Shown: one piece after another, positions 52,295 to 62,217 of the stretch
Layout of the letters: every line of letters begins with the position of its first letter
Position numbering within the stretch: the first letter of the stretch is position 1
Assembly (NCBI GenBank): GCA_965226885.1
Contig: CBDDEL010000012.1
Location: forward strand, 192,001-256,000
From: Opitutales bacterium
GTDB taxonomy: Bacteria > Verrucomicrobiota > Verrucomicrobiia > Opitutales > UBA2987
Length of the DNA stretch: 64,000 bases
Direction: 5' to 3'
Made by a program: the position numbers and the translations under genes
The notes under the pieces: model-generated
The model's database searches: none
The model's input: the letters and a program-made list of their open reading frames with translations, nothing else
Told to the model about the DNA's origin: nothing

Positions 52295-53254
52295 TCAACA
52301 AGTATCCACAGATTCATTGTCAGTTCTGTTTCGGAAGTTATTCACGATTTCCAAGGCTTTTTTACGACCCCGGATTTCAGCAAGATAGAAGATCTTATTC
52401 CTGTGAGGTAGCCTCCAAGCACTGAATCTTTGAAGCAGAGCCTGCCAGAGAGGCCGCCGGTCAACCGGAGGAAACTTGCCTCGAAGAGCTTCGAGTATTA
52501 CGGTTGAGCAGAAGATACCTTCGACCAACCTGACTAAGTATTCTTCGGTAAGACGCTCGGGGGGAATAATGTGAGTCAACTCAAGATTTTTGAATCTGCC
52601 CACACCAAGACCAAGATCACAGGCACATAGCGCAAGATCGGTGTCTTCCCCTGAAATTACAGAATCTCCTTTTCGCCCAAGGAGCATATGGTTGGAATCC
52701 CGAGCGACATTGTCCAGATAGGCTTCCCAAACTTTACGACGAATAAACATACCAGCACAGGTCGGTGTCGATCCGTACTGATAATGCAAGTTGGTCCAGA
52801 GGTCTGTCTTGAGGGGAAGAATAGCGAGGTAGCACCACCATTGCTTAGTCCATTCAGGAGGCTCTGATTCGAACTCGGGCAAGAGTTGGCCACCCCAACA
52901 GCCGAGTATCGGCCATTCCTTGCTTTTTCGCAGGCCTTTCTCGATGTAGTCAGGCGCAAGTAAATTGTCGTCATCGACATATAGAATCAGTTCCGCCTTT
53001 GCTTCCTTCATGCCACGAATGCGCGCCTGCACAATGCCCAACTTGTCTTCACGAACGTGACGTTCATTCGGATGCCAGGAGAGATCGAAATGATTTTTGA
53101 CGAGTTCGGAACTAGCGTTGTCGATGAGTATTAGCTCCCATTCGTCAAGAGGACTAGTCTGTTTTCTTAGCGCATCAAGCGTACGCTCCAAGAAATCTCG
53201 CCTTGGATTATGAGTGCAGATAACGACGCTTAAAGAAAACGTATTATTAATCAT
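52295..53254 (-). CDS. GT2 glycosyltransferase
   Basis: SVVICTHNPR, IDNAS, YVDDDN, GED. Confidence 0.9.
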   Translation of the reverse strand: MINNTFSLSVVICTHNPRRDFLERTLDALRKQTSPLDEWELILIDNASSELVKNHFDLSWHPNERHVREDKLGIVQARIRGMKEAKAELILYVDDDNLLAPDYIEKGLRKSKEWPILGCWGGQLLPEFESEPPEWTKQWWCYLAILPLKTDLWTNLHYQYGSTPTCAGMFIRRKVWEAYLDNVARDSNHMLLGRKGDSVISGEDTDLALCACDLGLGVGRFKNLELTHIIPPERLTEEYLVRLVEGIFCSTVILEALRGKFPPVDRRPLWQALLQRFSAWRLPHRNKIFYLAEIRGRKKALEIVNNFRNRTDNESVDTC

Positions 53255-53865
53255 ACAAACTCTTTGTCATAACCTCTTCGAAAATTGTCCGAACAATTAA
53301 TCTCCTTAATAACTTTAGCGGGATTACCACCTGCCAGACATTTCTCCGGAAGGCTTTTGGTTACAACGGAACCAGCAGCAATAACGGAGTGATTTCCGAT
53401 GGCCACACCCGGAAGTATAATAGAGCCTCTTCCCAACCAAACATTTCTGCCAATGATAACGGGCGCTCTTTTGATCGATTCGTTTTCTCCGATTTCGTGG
53501 AAGCTAGTATCGTAGATGCACACACAGTCTCCAATAAGGGTGTGCGAACCGATCTCGACCCGTTCGGAGACGGCGATATTGACGCCCTCATTGATATATA
53601 CGTTATCTCCAAGAAGAAGCCGTCCGGAAGCGTAGATTCTAAAACTCGTTCGATACTGCTCACAATTGACCTGAAAGTCATTACCGATGCGGAATGAATT
53701 CTGGTTCTTAATGATCGGCTTTTTTCCGAATATCCTCGGGCGTGCGCCGATTTTGACCCCATGCCTCTTGAAATATGATAGTATAAATGCGCTCTCCACG
53801 GCGTCGATTATACCGCTGACTCTCTTTCTAAGCAAAAGCATGCCTTTTTTTTGGTCAATAGCCAT
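53251..53865 (-). CDS. Hexapeptide-repeat (LbH) O-acyltransferase
   Basis: IIGRNVWLG, ILPGVAIG, AGSVVTK, GNPAK. Confidence 0.9.
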   Translation of the reverse strand: MAIDQKKGMLLLRKRVSGIIDAVESAFILSYFKRHGVKIGARPRIFGKKPIIKNQNSFRIGNDFQVNCEQYRTSFRIYASGRLLLGDNVYINEGVNIAVSERVEIGSHTLIGDCVCIYDTSFHEIGENESIKRAPVIIGRNVWLGRGSIILPGVAIGNHSVIAAGSVVTKSLPEKCLAGGNPAKVIKEINCSDNFRRGYDKEFV

Positions 53866-53916
53866 GAGACTTCAGAGTTGTCACGTTAAATGGCTCTTGA
53901 TTGAAAAGATACAGGT

Positions 53917-54846
53917 TTAAGAGATCATACCCCATCGTTTTTTCAAGATATAGCTGACAAGCCGAATGGACTCCCGCGACCAAGGCTTACTCAACCATGC
54001 TCTCCAAGCGTGTTTCCATGCGGTTTGAATCCGATTTTCTTCGAGCGCCCAACAGCTCCAACGCCGACGCTGAAAAGAGCGGGAATATCTTGCTGACCGT
54101 GACGCTACAGGGATATCAATATTCGGGACGCCCATTTTTTTGCGTGCTTCAAGGACAAGGGTTTTCTGTAAATTATCCATGCGGGTGCCTTTTCGAGTTG
54201 TGATGTTAGCGAGGTGCTGGCGATAGTAGATTAGAGTCTGATCGATATTAGCAAGTTTGCCACAATCCAGAAGCCTGAGGTAAAGATCCAAATCCTCGAT
54301 CAATTCATATTCCTTCCGGTAACCACGCACTTTATCGATAGCTGATTTTCTAAACATCGCCACGGGATGCACAATCGCACCTCCATCAGCCTGCAATAAT
54401 TGTTCCATAATATCTTCGTGATGCAACGGCCTGCGATAAAGTTTGAGAATATCTCCATCGGGATCGATCACCAACGCATGGCCGCCAACAATCACGTAAT
54501 CGTGATTAGAGTTCATGTACTCGACCTGGGCTTCGAGTCGATCAGGCAAGGAAACATCATCCGCATCCATGCGCGCAATATATTCACCGCAAGCTATTTC
54601 CAGACCATCGTTAAGCGCACCGACTATGCCGGTGTTTTCACGGCTGATGACTTTGATGCGGCTATCTGACATTTCAAAGTTGCGGATTATTTTCAGCGAA
54701 TGGTCGGTAGAGCCGTCGTTAACTATGATGAACTCAAAATTCTCAAACGTCTGTTTCAGTATGCTCTCAATAGCTTCGCTCAGATAACGTTCGGCGTTGT
54801 AAACCGGCATGAGGACGCTGACCTTAGGGTGATTTTTCGAAGTCAT
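53917..54846 (-). CDS. GT2 glycosyltransferase
   Basis: VSVLMPVYN, NDGSTD, ARMDADD, EDLDL. Confidence 0.9.
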   Translation of the reverse strand: MTSKNHPKVSVLMPVYNAERYLSEAIESILKQTFENFEFIIVNDGSTDHSLKIIRNFEMSDSRIKVISRENTGIVGALNDGLEIACGEYIARMDADDVSLPDRLEAQVEYMNSNHDYVIVGGHALVIDPDGDILKLYRRPLHHEDIMEQLLQADGGAIVHPVAMFRKSAIDKVRGYRKEYELIEDLDLYLRLLDCGKLANIDQTLIYYRQHLANITTRKGTRMDNLQKTLVLEARKKMGVPNIDIPVASRSARYSRSFQRRRWSCWALEENRIQTAWKHAWRAWLSKPWSRESIRLVSYILKKRWGMIS

Positions 54847-56150
54847 AACATCCTTGCGCTTACGGCACTATTGAACAGTTGACAAACTGGCTCGTAGCAC
54901 CGATCCCGGGAAAGATGCTTCTGGACACTCTCGCGGCTTTTTTTCTCAAGGTCCAAACGGAGTTTGTTATCATGCAGCAAGCGATTTACGTTTTGAGCAA
55001 ACTCTGTGGCATTGTCCGACAAAAGGAGGTCGTCCTTGAAAAAAGGCAAGCCATGCAACCCAATGGATGTGGTCACACATGCCTTGCCGTAGGAAAACGC
55101 CTCGACAAGCTTAGTTTTGACACCGCTGCCTTCAAGGAGCGGGAGAACGACAACCTCTGCTTCGGCATAATGCCCCTCCAGAGAATCCACAACGCCACTA
55201 AAGGTAACGCCGGGCACACTTTCCTTATCGGAAAAGCCCTGACAAACCGCGCCGCAAACGTGAAGCGAAGCATGGGGTTGAGCTTGCAAGATAGCGGGCC
55301 ATACCGATTGCAGGAACCAGGTAAGCCCGTCTACATTGAAATGGGCCAGACTGCCGATAAAGAGACATCGTCCCGCAACCGTACGGGAGGCCACACTGTT
55401 GGGGGTAAACGCTTTGGTCACAACCGTCACATCCATTCCGGCAGGCATACCACGAAAGATCCGGGCATCGGGTTCGCTAATAGCAAGAACTGCATCGGCC
55501 CCCAACAACCACTCTTCCTCACGGGTCCGTGGAAAATCCGGTTTCTCTTTTTCCGCAAGCCGGCCATCGGTAAGATAAAGCATCTGGTGTTGAACATCAT
55601 GAGCCAAAACCGCACGAAAGACAGGAAGCGCCGCATTGGTCCGGTTGACGGCTTCATTCATCCAACAGTAATTAGCCAGAACGATATCGGGCTGATGGCG
55701 ACGAAGGGATTTACCGACAAAGGCAACTTCATCCTCAGTGGGCGCTTCCCGCCAAACCGGAATGGGTTGACTGGAAACTGGTTGTGCAGATTCCTTTTTA
55801 TTCCTGAGTTTCTGCACCTGCGAGAACAAGCCCAAGGCTTTGAGGAGCTTTTTCAGAGCATAAAGTATACGGGCTTTAAGCGGCAACAATCGGATGAGCG
55901 GGAAAACCTTGAAACGGCCAAAAGACAGTTCGCCGATGATGGAAAGCTCGAAGTCTCGCGGCAACCCGTCAGGCATACGGTACCATGCGTTTATTTTGAT
56001 AAAGTCTACCTGACCAACCCAACAGATGTTAACAGAATAACCTTTCTCAGCAAGATACTGAAGGATATCTACAAGGTATGATGCCGAACCACTCTCACCC
56101 GGGATTGGCGAGTTGCGCGTTACGACCATTATTTTGGGATTGCGAGGCAC
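54843..56150 (-). CDS. GT4 glycosyltransferase
   Basis: FIGSLAHFN, GSGVKTKLVEA; GTG at 56150 chosen to avoid overlapping the upstream gene. Confidence 0.8.
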   Translation of the reverse strand: MPRNPKIMVVTRNSPIPGESGSASYLVDILQYLAEKGYSVNICWVGQVDFIKINAWYRMPDGLPRDFELSIIGELSFGRFKVFPLIRLLPLKARILYALKKLLKALGLFSQVQKLRNKKESAQPVSSQPIPVWREAPTEDEVAFVGKSLRRHQPDIVLANYCWMNEAVNRTNAALPVFRAVLAHDVQHQMLYLTDGRLAEKEKPDFPRTREEEWLLGADAVLAISEPDARIFRGMPAGMDVTVVTKAFTPNSVASRTVAGRCLFIGSLAHFNVDGLTWFLQSVWPAILQAQPHASLHVCGAVCQGFSDKESVPGVTFSGVVDSLEGHYAEAEVVVLPLLEGSGVKTKLVEAFSYGKACVTTSIGLHGLPFFKDDLLLSDNATEFAQNVNRLLHDNKLRLDLEKKSRESVQKHLSRDRCYEPVCQLFNSAVSARML

Positions 56151-56157
56151 TCGAAAA

Positions 56158-56943
56158 TCAAGCCTTCGGTTTTTGCAAGACCAAGCATTGGGATAGTGCG
56201 GGATAGTGACCGATAAGGTATTTATCGAGGTTGCAAAGAATTCGCTCAGGATCAAAACCGTCATAACCAAATAGCTCATTCAACTCGCCTCCGGCAAACT
56301 CAAATGGCATCAACTCAACGATCCAGCGAACATTTCTGTTCCCTCCGTATTCATTTTCCTGGCGCCCGGTAAAAGGAGCCACATTAAGAAATAGATCAAT
56401 AGTCATGAGAAAAAGGCCCCCCGGCTTCAGGCACCTGTAAGCGTGATTCATGATATTCTGAATCTCCCGGTCATCAAGATGCTCAATGACGCTGATGGAA
56501 AAAATTCGGTCATAAGTGTCATCTTCCAAAGCAGCCTCCGAAACCGTGGTGTTTCTCAATTGAACATCAGTTCCAAATCGTTTGTTCAGTATTTTCATGG
56601 ATTCGGAATTACAGGGCCAGTCGAGTTCTTCCATGCCGGGATCGACATTCACGACCCGGCAGTTCATTGAACCGAGCACAAACTGAAAACCGCTCAAGCC
56701 ACCTCCGATTTCGAGAACCCTCATGCCCGGTTCCAGCCCGGCCGCATGAAAAGCCCACGGATACTCGAAAGCGCGAATGGAGTTGTTTCCCTGAAAGGCG
56801 AATGGACCCCGCATGCGTTCCCACAGAGAATCGGGGATCAATGCCCTGAAGAGACTCCAACGGTACCGTGTGTAGCCATAAGGGGCGCCATGGACCAGAT
56901 TCCAGTGACGATAATTATCGGGCAGGATTTTAGTGGCCAGCAT
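56158..56943 (-). CDS. Class I SAM-dependent methyltransferase
   Basis: RAFEYPW, VLEIGGG, SISVIEH, LKPGG. Confidence 0.8.
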   Translation of the reverse strand: MLATKILPDNYRHWNLVHGAPYGYTRYRWSLFRALIPDSLWERMRGPFAFQGNNSIRAFEYPWAFHAAGLEPGMRVLEIGGGLSGFQFVLGSMNCRVVNVDPGMEELDWPCNSESMKILNKRFGTDVQLRNTTVSEAALEDDTYDRIFSISVIEHLDDREIQNIMNHAYRCLKPGGLFLMTIDLFLNVAPFTGRQENEYGGNRNVRWIVELMPFEFAGGELNELFGYDGFDPERILCNLDKYLIGHYPALSQCLVLQKPKA

Positions 56944-56957
56944 GATTTTATAAGAAC

Positions 56958-58247
56958 CTATTGTTGCAAATTCCAGGCAGTGACCGGAGCGATGATTCCA
57001 GGACGACCCTCCACCCAATATGGCGAATCACTCAAGCCACCCTTAATTTCAAGACGTATGGAAGGACTATTGACGCCAGGCTCACAGAACCATTGCCGAT
57101 GATAAAGCCCAAGAAACAGATCGAGGCGATACTCGCCCTCGTTGAGGAAGCGTACGGGAATCCGGCTACGCAGGACACATTTTCCAGATGCCAGTTCCTG
57201 CCATTGAGATTCAGGGAGGTCGCGGTTGGTGCTCCAATACAACATGGGGCCACTGACATGAAAGAGACCGTAACCTACCTGGATACCCGGACCGGGTTTG
57301 AGAACGGTACCTTCTACCGATACCCATATGGAGGAGTCGTTACGCACCGGCAAGTCAAGGGGCCTCCCGGATTCGTCACTGAGGTAAAAGCGCTCCGGCA
57401 TGAAGCGGTCATTTTCCCATTCGCCACCGTTATTGACCCATTCGACCGATAATGTGTTTACCGTGGTCTCCTGAAGATAACTACGGATCAAACCACCAAC
57501 ATCGCTACCGAAACCCTTTACACGGCCAGATTCGAGGTAAAGACAATGATCGCAAATGTTCTCCACAGCGTTCATGTTATGGCTGACAAAAAGCACGGTG
57601 CGGCCCTGATTTCCAGATAGGTCGTTCATTTTTCCGAGACACTTTTTCTGAAAAGAAGCATCGCCCACGGAGAGCACTTCGTCGATGATCAAAATCTCGG
57701 GGTCAAGGTGGGCGGCGACGGCAAATGCCAAGCGCACGAACATGCCGCTGGAATATCGTTTGACCGGGGTGTCGATGAATTGTTCGATTTCTGAAAAGGC
57801 AATAATTTCATCGTATTTCTCCTGCACCTCGCGCTTGGTCATGCCCAGAATAGCTCCATTGAGAAATACATTCTCGCGACCGGTAAGATCGGGATGGAAG
57901 CCAGTTCCGACTTCGAGCAAGGAGGCAACGCGACCTCTAAGCTTTATGGTACCACTTGTCGGTTCTGTGATGCGACTCATGATCTTGAGGATGGTGGATT
58001 TGCCGGCCCCGTTTTTACCGACAATTCCGAGAACATCGCCCTCATTGAGGGAGAAAGAAACATCCTCCAGCGCCCAAAAGAGATCATTGGAAGCATGCTG
58101 CAGGCCAGTGCCGGAATGATCATGGTGGGTACGGTTTCTAATCCGAGCCCAAAAACGCTGCATCTCGTCTTTAAGCTTAGTGGCGCCAATCTGACCAAGG
58201 CGGTAAGACTTGGAGATATTTTCGCCTTCGATTATGGGCTGCTGCAT
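56958..58247 (-). CDS. wzt: Polysaccharide ABC exporter ATPase with C-terminal domain
   Basis: GKNGAGKST, YSSGM, IIDE, VSH. Confidence 0.93.
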   Translation of the reverse strand: MQQPIIEGENISKSYRLGQIGATKLKDEMQRFWARIRNRTHHDHSGTGLQHASNDLFWALEDVSFSLNEGDVLGIVGKNGAGKSTILKIMSRITEPTSGTIKLRGRVASLLEVGTGFHPDLTGRENVFLNGAILGMTKREVQEKYDEIIAFSEIEQFIDTPVKRYSSGMFVRLAFAVAAHLDPEILIIDEVLSVGDASFQKKCLGKMNDLSGNQGRTVLFVSHNMNAVENICDHCLYLESGRVKGFGSDVGGLIRSYLQETTVNTLSVEWVNNGGEWENDRFMPERFYLSDESGRPLDLPVRNDSSIWVSVEGTVLKPGPGIQVGYGLFHVSGPMLYWSTNRDLPESQWQELASGKCVLRSRIPVRFLNEGEYRLDLFLGLYHRQWFCEPGVNSPSIRLEIKGGLSDSPYWVEGRPGIIAPVTAWNLQQ

Positions 58248-58255
58248 GACAATGT

Positions 58256-59104
58256 CTAAACGGTATCCACAAAGTTACGCTGCACCTTGTTGAATATGAG
58301 TATGCCGGAAACCAGCAACAAAAGAGTAATTGAAAGCGATGTGAAGAATACGGCAGGGGTGAGCGTGCCTTTTCCAAGTAAGATGAGGCGGAATGATTCC
58401 ACGATACTGGTCATGGGATTCAGAGCTATAATCCATTGATATTGCTGGGGAATTTTTGAAACCGGATAGATCACGGGGGTGGCGTAAAGCCAAAGCTGTG
58501 TCAGGAACTGCTGGGTGTGTATTAAATCCCTGTATTTGGCCGTCAGGGACGCCACCCACAGGCCCACGCCCAAAGCAAGTAGAATTACCTGAAGCAGAAC
58601 GAAGGGAAGTAGAATGATATACCGGGACAGGGCAAAAGAATCGCCAGCCGGTGTGAATACTTTGAAGTAAAAAAATATAACAATGAAACACAGCAATTGC
58701 ATCCCGAATACGATGAGATTGGAGAAGACCGCGGCCAGCGGGATTATCAACCGAGGGAAGTATACTTTTCCCAATATGTGGATGTTGTGAACGAAGGTAT
58801 TCGATACGCCGGAAAACGTCTGGCTAAAATAATTCCAGCCGAGAAGTCCGCAAAAGTAAAAGAGCGTGGGGGGCAGACCATCGGTGGGAATGTGGGCCAC
58901 CCGGCTGAATATGATGGTGAACACCATAGTCATGGCAAGCGGTTGAAAGATAAACCATAACGGCCCCAGAATAGTCTGTTTGAAGCGAGAAACGAAATCG
59001 CGGCGCACAATGAGGAAGAGAAGATCGCGATATTGCCAGATTTCCCGCCAATCAATGCGTAGCCAGTTACTGTTAGGCTTTATTATCGTTTCAATATTGC
59101 TCAT
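58256..59104 (-). CDS. wzm: Polysaccharide ABC exporter permease
   Basis: RFKQTILGPLW, KVYFPR, YATPVIYP, NPM. Confidence 0.93.
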   Translation of the reverse strand: MSNIETIIKPNSNWLRIDWREIWQYRDLLFLIVRRDFVSRFKQTILGPLWFIFQPLAMTMVFTIIFSRVAHIPTDGLPPTLFYFCGLLGWNYFSQTFSGVSNTFVHNIHILGKVYFPRLIIPLAAVFSNLIVFGMQLLCFIVIFFYFKVFTPAGDSFALSRYIILLPFVLLQVILLALGVGLWVASLTAKYRDLIHTQQFLTQLWLYATPVIYPVSKIPQQYQWIIALNPMTSIVESFRLILLGKGTLTPAVFFTSLSITLLLLVSGILIFNKVQRNFVDTV

Positions 59105-59154
59105 ATCCGATTACCGGTCAGTTGATAGGGATTACCGGTCAGTTGATAGGCAAG

Positions 59155-59171
59155 CACGCTACCGCCCCTGG
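59155..59171 (-). promoter_or_regulatory. ops element (3' end of JUMPstart)
   Basis: Minus strand CCAGGGGCGGTAGCGTG contains the canonical GGCGGTAGCGTG; lies between the NusG-paralogue gene and wzm in the sense orientation. Confidence 0.8.
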
Positions 59172-59257
59172 TCGCTTGCCTCGGCAGTGGCAAAACCAGT
59201 TTTCTATTTTGCGGTCTGCGGTAGACGCAGCTCCGGCGATTGACTGTTTTGCGGGAC

Positions 59258-59824
59258 TCAGCCCGTTGATTTTCGTAGAAACGACTTGGGTTCGGATTTG
59301 GCCGAAATTACGGCGCTGACCGGCATACCCATGGTGACTTGACGGCCTAAAAATTCGAGCAGCAGGTTGATGCGTTGGCTGGCAGGTATAATACCGCTGA
59401 CAATGGCTTTTATATTCATAAGCGGGCCTTCTGCGATGACCACTTCGCCACCCTCTCTCAAAGATTCCTCCTCCACTTGGCGGCATTCGGCTGGAATCTC
59501 TTTTTTCAACTCTTCAATGAAGTATTGCGGAACGGCTGGAATCTCCTCGCCATAGCGAAGGACCGCGCTAATCCCTCGCATGGCCACCAAATGGCGATAA
59601 TGGGTTTTGATGTCGCAGCAAACAAAGAGATAGCCGGGAAAGAGGGCTTCGGTAAATCTCACGCGGCCTCTGCGGGTTTGCTTTAAATAGGTTATGCGGG
59701 GGCAGAATACTTCGAGCTCGGACTGGGCACGGATGGCTGCGGCGGCAATGTGTTCTCTCTTGCTCTGCGCTTTCAAAGCATACCAGGCGGAAGCCTGCGG
59801 ATTGCTAATGGAGGATTCAACCAT
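59258..59824 (-). CDS. NusG-paralogue antiterminator (RfaH-like)
   Basis: WYALKAQSKRE, EALFPGYLF, KOW-like VVIAEGP, LLLEFLG. Confidence 0.85.
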   Translation of the reverse strand: MVESSISNPQASAWYALKAQSKREHIAAAAIRAQSELEVFCPRITYLKQTRRGRVRFTEALFPGYLFVCCDIKTHYRHLVAMRGISAVLRYGEEIPAVPQYFIEELKKEIPAECRQVEEESLREGGEVVIAEGPLMNIKAIVSGIIPASQRINLLLEFLGRQVTMGMPVSAVISAKSEPKSFLRKSTG

Positions 59825-59831
59825 TTGATTT

Positions 59832-60320
59832 CTAAAAGTTTATGAATTTGAGTACCTTGTCGATGAGATTGAGCCCGTTCTTTTGCCAACGCTCGATCTT
59901 CTCTATGCGGTTGCGGTAATGCCCCGCCTTGTCGCCGGGAACGTTTTCCAAAAGCGGCTTGAGCACTTGCAGCCGCTCGGCCGTAGCCTCCAATTGAGGA
60001 GAAACCTCCTCCTTGAAAAACCCCGCCATGAGTTTTCGAAACTCCGATTCGGCGGAGAAAAAATCCTTTCTCTGACCAGGAACATAGACGGCTTTGACAG
60101 CTTTGAAGGCCCGCAGTTGTTTCAAGCCCTGGCTGGCCGTGCCGAGGCTGATTTGCAGTTTGCCCATGATCTGATCCATGGACATGGGCACGGGCACAAT
60201 GAATAAAAGCCCGTAAATTTCGCCAATCGATTTGGGCAAGCCGATCACTTGAGCGGCCCGCACAAAAATGTCGATCACCTCCGCCTCAACTTCCGTCAAG
60301 GATTCCGTCTGGATGTCCAT
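59832..60320 (-). CDS. GbsR/MarR-type transcriptional regulator
   Basis: GLPKSIGEIYGLLF, wHTH ISLGTASQGL, RKDFF; GAGGA before ATG 60320. Confidence 0.8.
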   Translation of the reverse strand: MDIQTESLTEVEAEVIDIFVRAAQVIGLPKSIGEIYGLLFIVPVPMSMDQIMGKLQISLGTASQGLKQLRAFKAVKAVYVPGQRKDFFSAESEFRKLMAGFFKEEVSPQLEATAERLQVLKPLLENVPGDKAGHYRNRIEKIERWQKNGLNLIDKVLKFINF

Positions 60321-60684
60321 AATATTCCTCGGTGAAGGCAAATGGTGGGGATAAAAAGAATAAAAGCAAGCTTATTTTCATTTATAATTGAAATTTTTGA
60401 TGATATTGTAATTTATGAAATTAAGTAATTGCTCAAAATTAACCGCCGATAATGCAGATGGCCGGACATGATTCAAAATTAGATATCGAGGCCTTCTTTT
60501 TCATCCATGCAACTCGTTGTTTTATGAAATTTTGTGAGAAGTATCGGATTTTGGTCTTTTTCATTAATTTCCAGCCGGGAGTTTGCGTTGCAATTTATGC
60601 ACTTTTCAGCAAATTTATGCTCAGGAAAAACTTGGGGGATTACGTTTACCTTGAAAATAAATAATCTTTGAGGATCTATCTGTT

Positions 60685-62217
60685 ATGATTAATAGTCGGA
60701 CCAGAGGACTGATTACTTTGCAAACATTCAGTCTTCTCGTGATCATGCCGACATGGTTCTTACTCCTGACCTGGTTGGCGGAGAGGTTCGGTTTGGAGAT
60801 TTTGCTGCACCAGATAAATTTTCCTTTTTACCTGATGGGAATTGCCGGCGCCTGCCTGTTGTTTCTTAACTATGAGAGTCCCACGCCGCCCCACGGGCCG
60901 GGAAGTTTTCTTTTTGTCGCCGCGGTGAGGAAGGCCAATGCAGGAATACTGATTTTGGCCCTCGTCCTTTTCGGCATTGTATATGCGACCAAAGACAAGG
61001 CCATCAGCCGCATCTTTCTGGGCCTTTACATTTCATCCAGCTGGCTATTGCTGTTGGCCCTCTACCGGTATCTGCCGGTGGTTTTTTCAAATCTGTTATT
61101 TCGCGGTAAAAACACCATTAATACCATCCTGGCAGGCAATCCCCAAAGGGCGGAAAACCTTCAGGACTGGATCCTGAACAACCCTCCCTTGGGTATGAAT
61201 GTGCTGGGGCTGGTCAGTTACGGAGAGGTTGAAGATGAGAATTTGAACCTGCCCATCCTCGGTCACATATCGGAGTTTGAGCAGTTGCTTGCTCAACATG
61301 AGGTTCACCAGGTCATTCTTCTCGAATCGCGGAATTCAAAAGCCTGGGTCAATTACGTCGTCGATACTTGCTATCGGGAAGGGTGCCGGATTCTCATCTT
61401 AAACCAGTGGGAAGATTATTTCGACCAGAAGCTGACCGCCGTGGAGGAGGGGCAACATACTTTTTTTACCCTTCAGGATGAACCGCTGGAGAATCCCGTC
61501 AATCGATTGTTGAAACGATTGTTGGACTGGCTGGTGGCTCTGCCCGTGGTTTTGCTGGCGCTGCCTTTTCTCATTTTAATTGTGAAATATTATCAGATTC
61601 GGGAGGCCCCCGGACCGCTTTTTTACCGGCAAAAACGAACGGGGTTCAAGGGGCAGACTTTTTCAATTTTCAAATTTCGCAGCATGTACTGTCAGCCAGA
61701 GAATTCGGATCAGCCCAATGAGGAGACCCGGCAGGCGAGTGAGGGAGACGCCCGCATCTTCTCCTTCGGCCAATTTATGCGGAAAACCAGCCTGGATGAG
61801 TTTCCCCAGTTTATCAATGTGCTCCAGGGGAATATGAGCGTGGTGGGCCCGCGCCCCCACATGACGGAACACGACGAGCAGTTCAAGCGTCTGGTGGAAA
61901 TTTACCGCACCCGGCATTTTGTCAAACCCGGCATTACCGGCCTGGCCGGCCTGGCCCAGACTTTTGGATATCGGGGAGAAATCACCAGCATAGACCTGAT
62001 CGAGGAAAGAATCAGGCTGGACATGCAATATATCAACAATTGGTCCATCTGGCTGGATATCGGGCTTATTTTCAAAACATTTGTGCAGGTATTATTCCCC
62101 CCCGGAGTGCCTATTGAAGCCTTTTATTGCGGTGATTTTACCCCGAATGCGCCACTAAAGCGGGAGGACTCTTTTTCCCATAGCGGCAGAGGAGCGGGAG
62201 GAGCCGTAAGGCATTGA
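60685..62217 (+). CDS. WcaJ-like undecaprenyl-phosphate sugar phosphotransferase (natural stop probably 62115-62117)
   Basis: KRLLD, FKFRSM, SLDEFPQFINVLQGNMSVVGPRP. A 9-bp duplication gives GITGLAGLAQ; one more C in the C7 run gives the usual end FPPRSAY*. Confidence 0.85.
   Translation: MINSRTRGLITLQTFSLLVIMPTWFLLLTWLAERFGLEILLHQINFPFYLMGIAGACLLFLNYESPTPPHGPGSFLFVAAVRKANAGILILALVLFGIVYATKDKAISRIFLGLYISSSWLLLLALYRYLPVVFSNLLFRGKNTINTILAGNPQRAENLQDWILNNPPLGMNVLGLVSYGEVEDENLNLPILGHISEFEQLLAQHEVHQVILLESRNSKAWVNYVVDTCYREGCRILILNQWEDYFDQKLTAVEEGQHTFFTLQDEPLENPVNRLLKRLLDWLVALPVVLLALPFLILIVKYYQIREAPGPLFYRQKRTGFKGQTFSIFKFRSMYCQPENSDQPNEETRQASEGDARIFSFGQFMRKTSLDEFPQFINVLQGNMSVVGPRPHMTEHDEQFKRLVEIYRTRHFVKPGITGLAGLAQTFGYRGEITSIDLIEERIRLDMQYINNWSIWLDIGLIFKTFVQVLFPPGVPIEAFYCGDFTPNAPLKREDSFSHSGRGAGGAVRH

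Noticed and set aside
54879..56081. 400-aa plus-strand ORF, and other long antisense ORFs (22154-22861, 33571-34296, 37117-38019)
   Set aside because: These are antisense shadows of well-supported genes and have no recognisable motifs.
59109..59150. Direct repeats as a possible CRISPR or iteron array
   Set aside because: Only two adjacent copies, no spacers and no cas or rep genes; treated as a tandem duplication.
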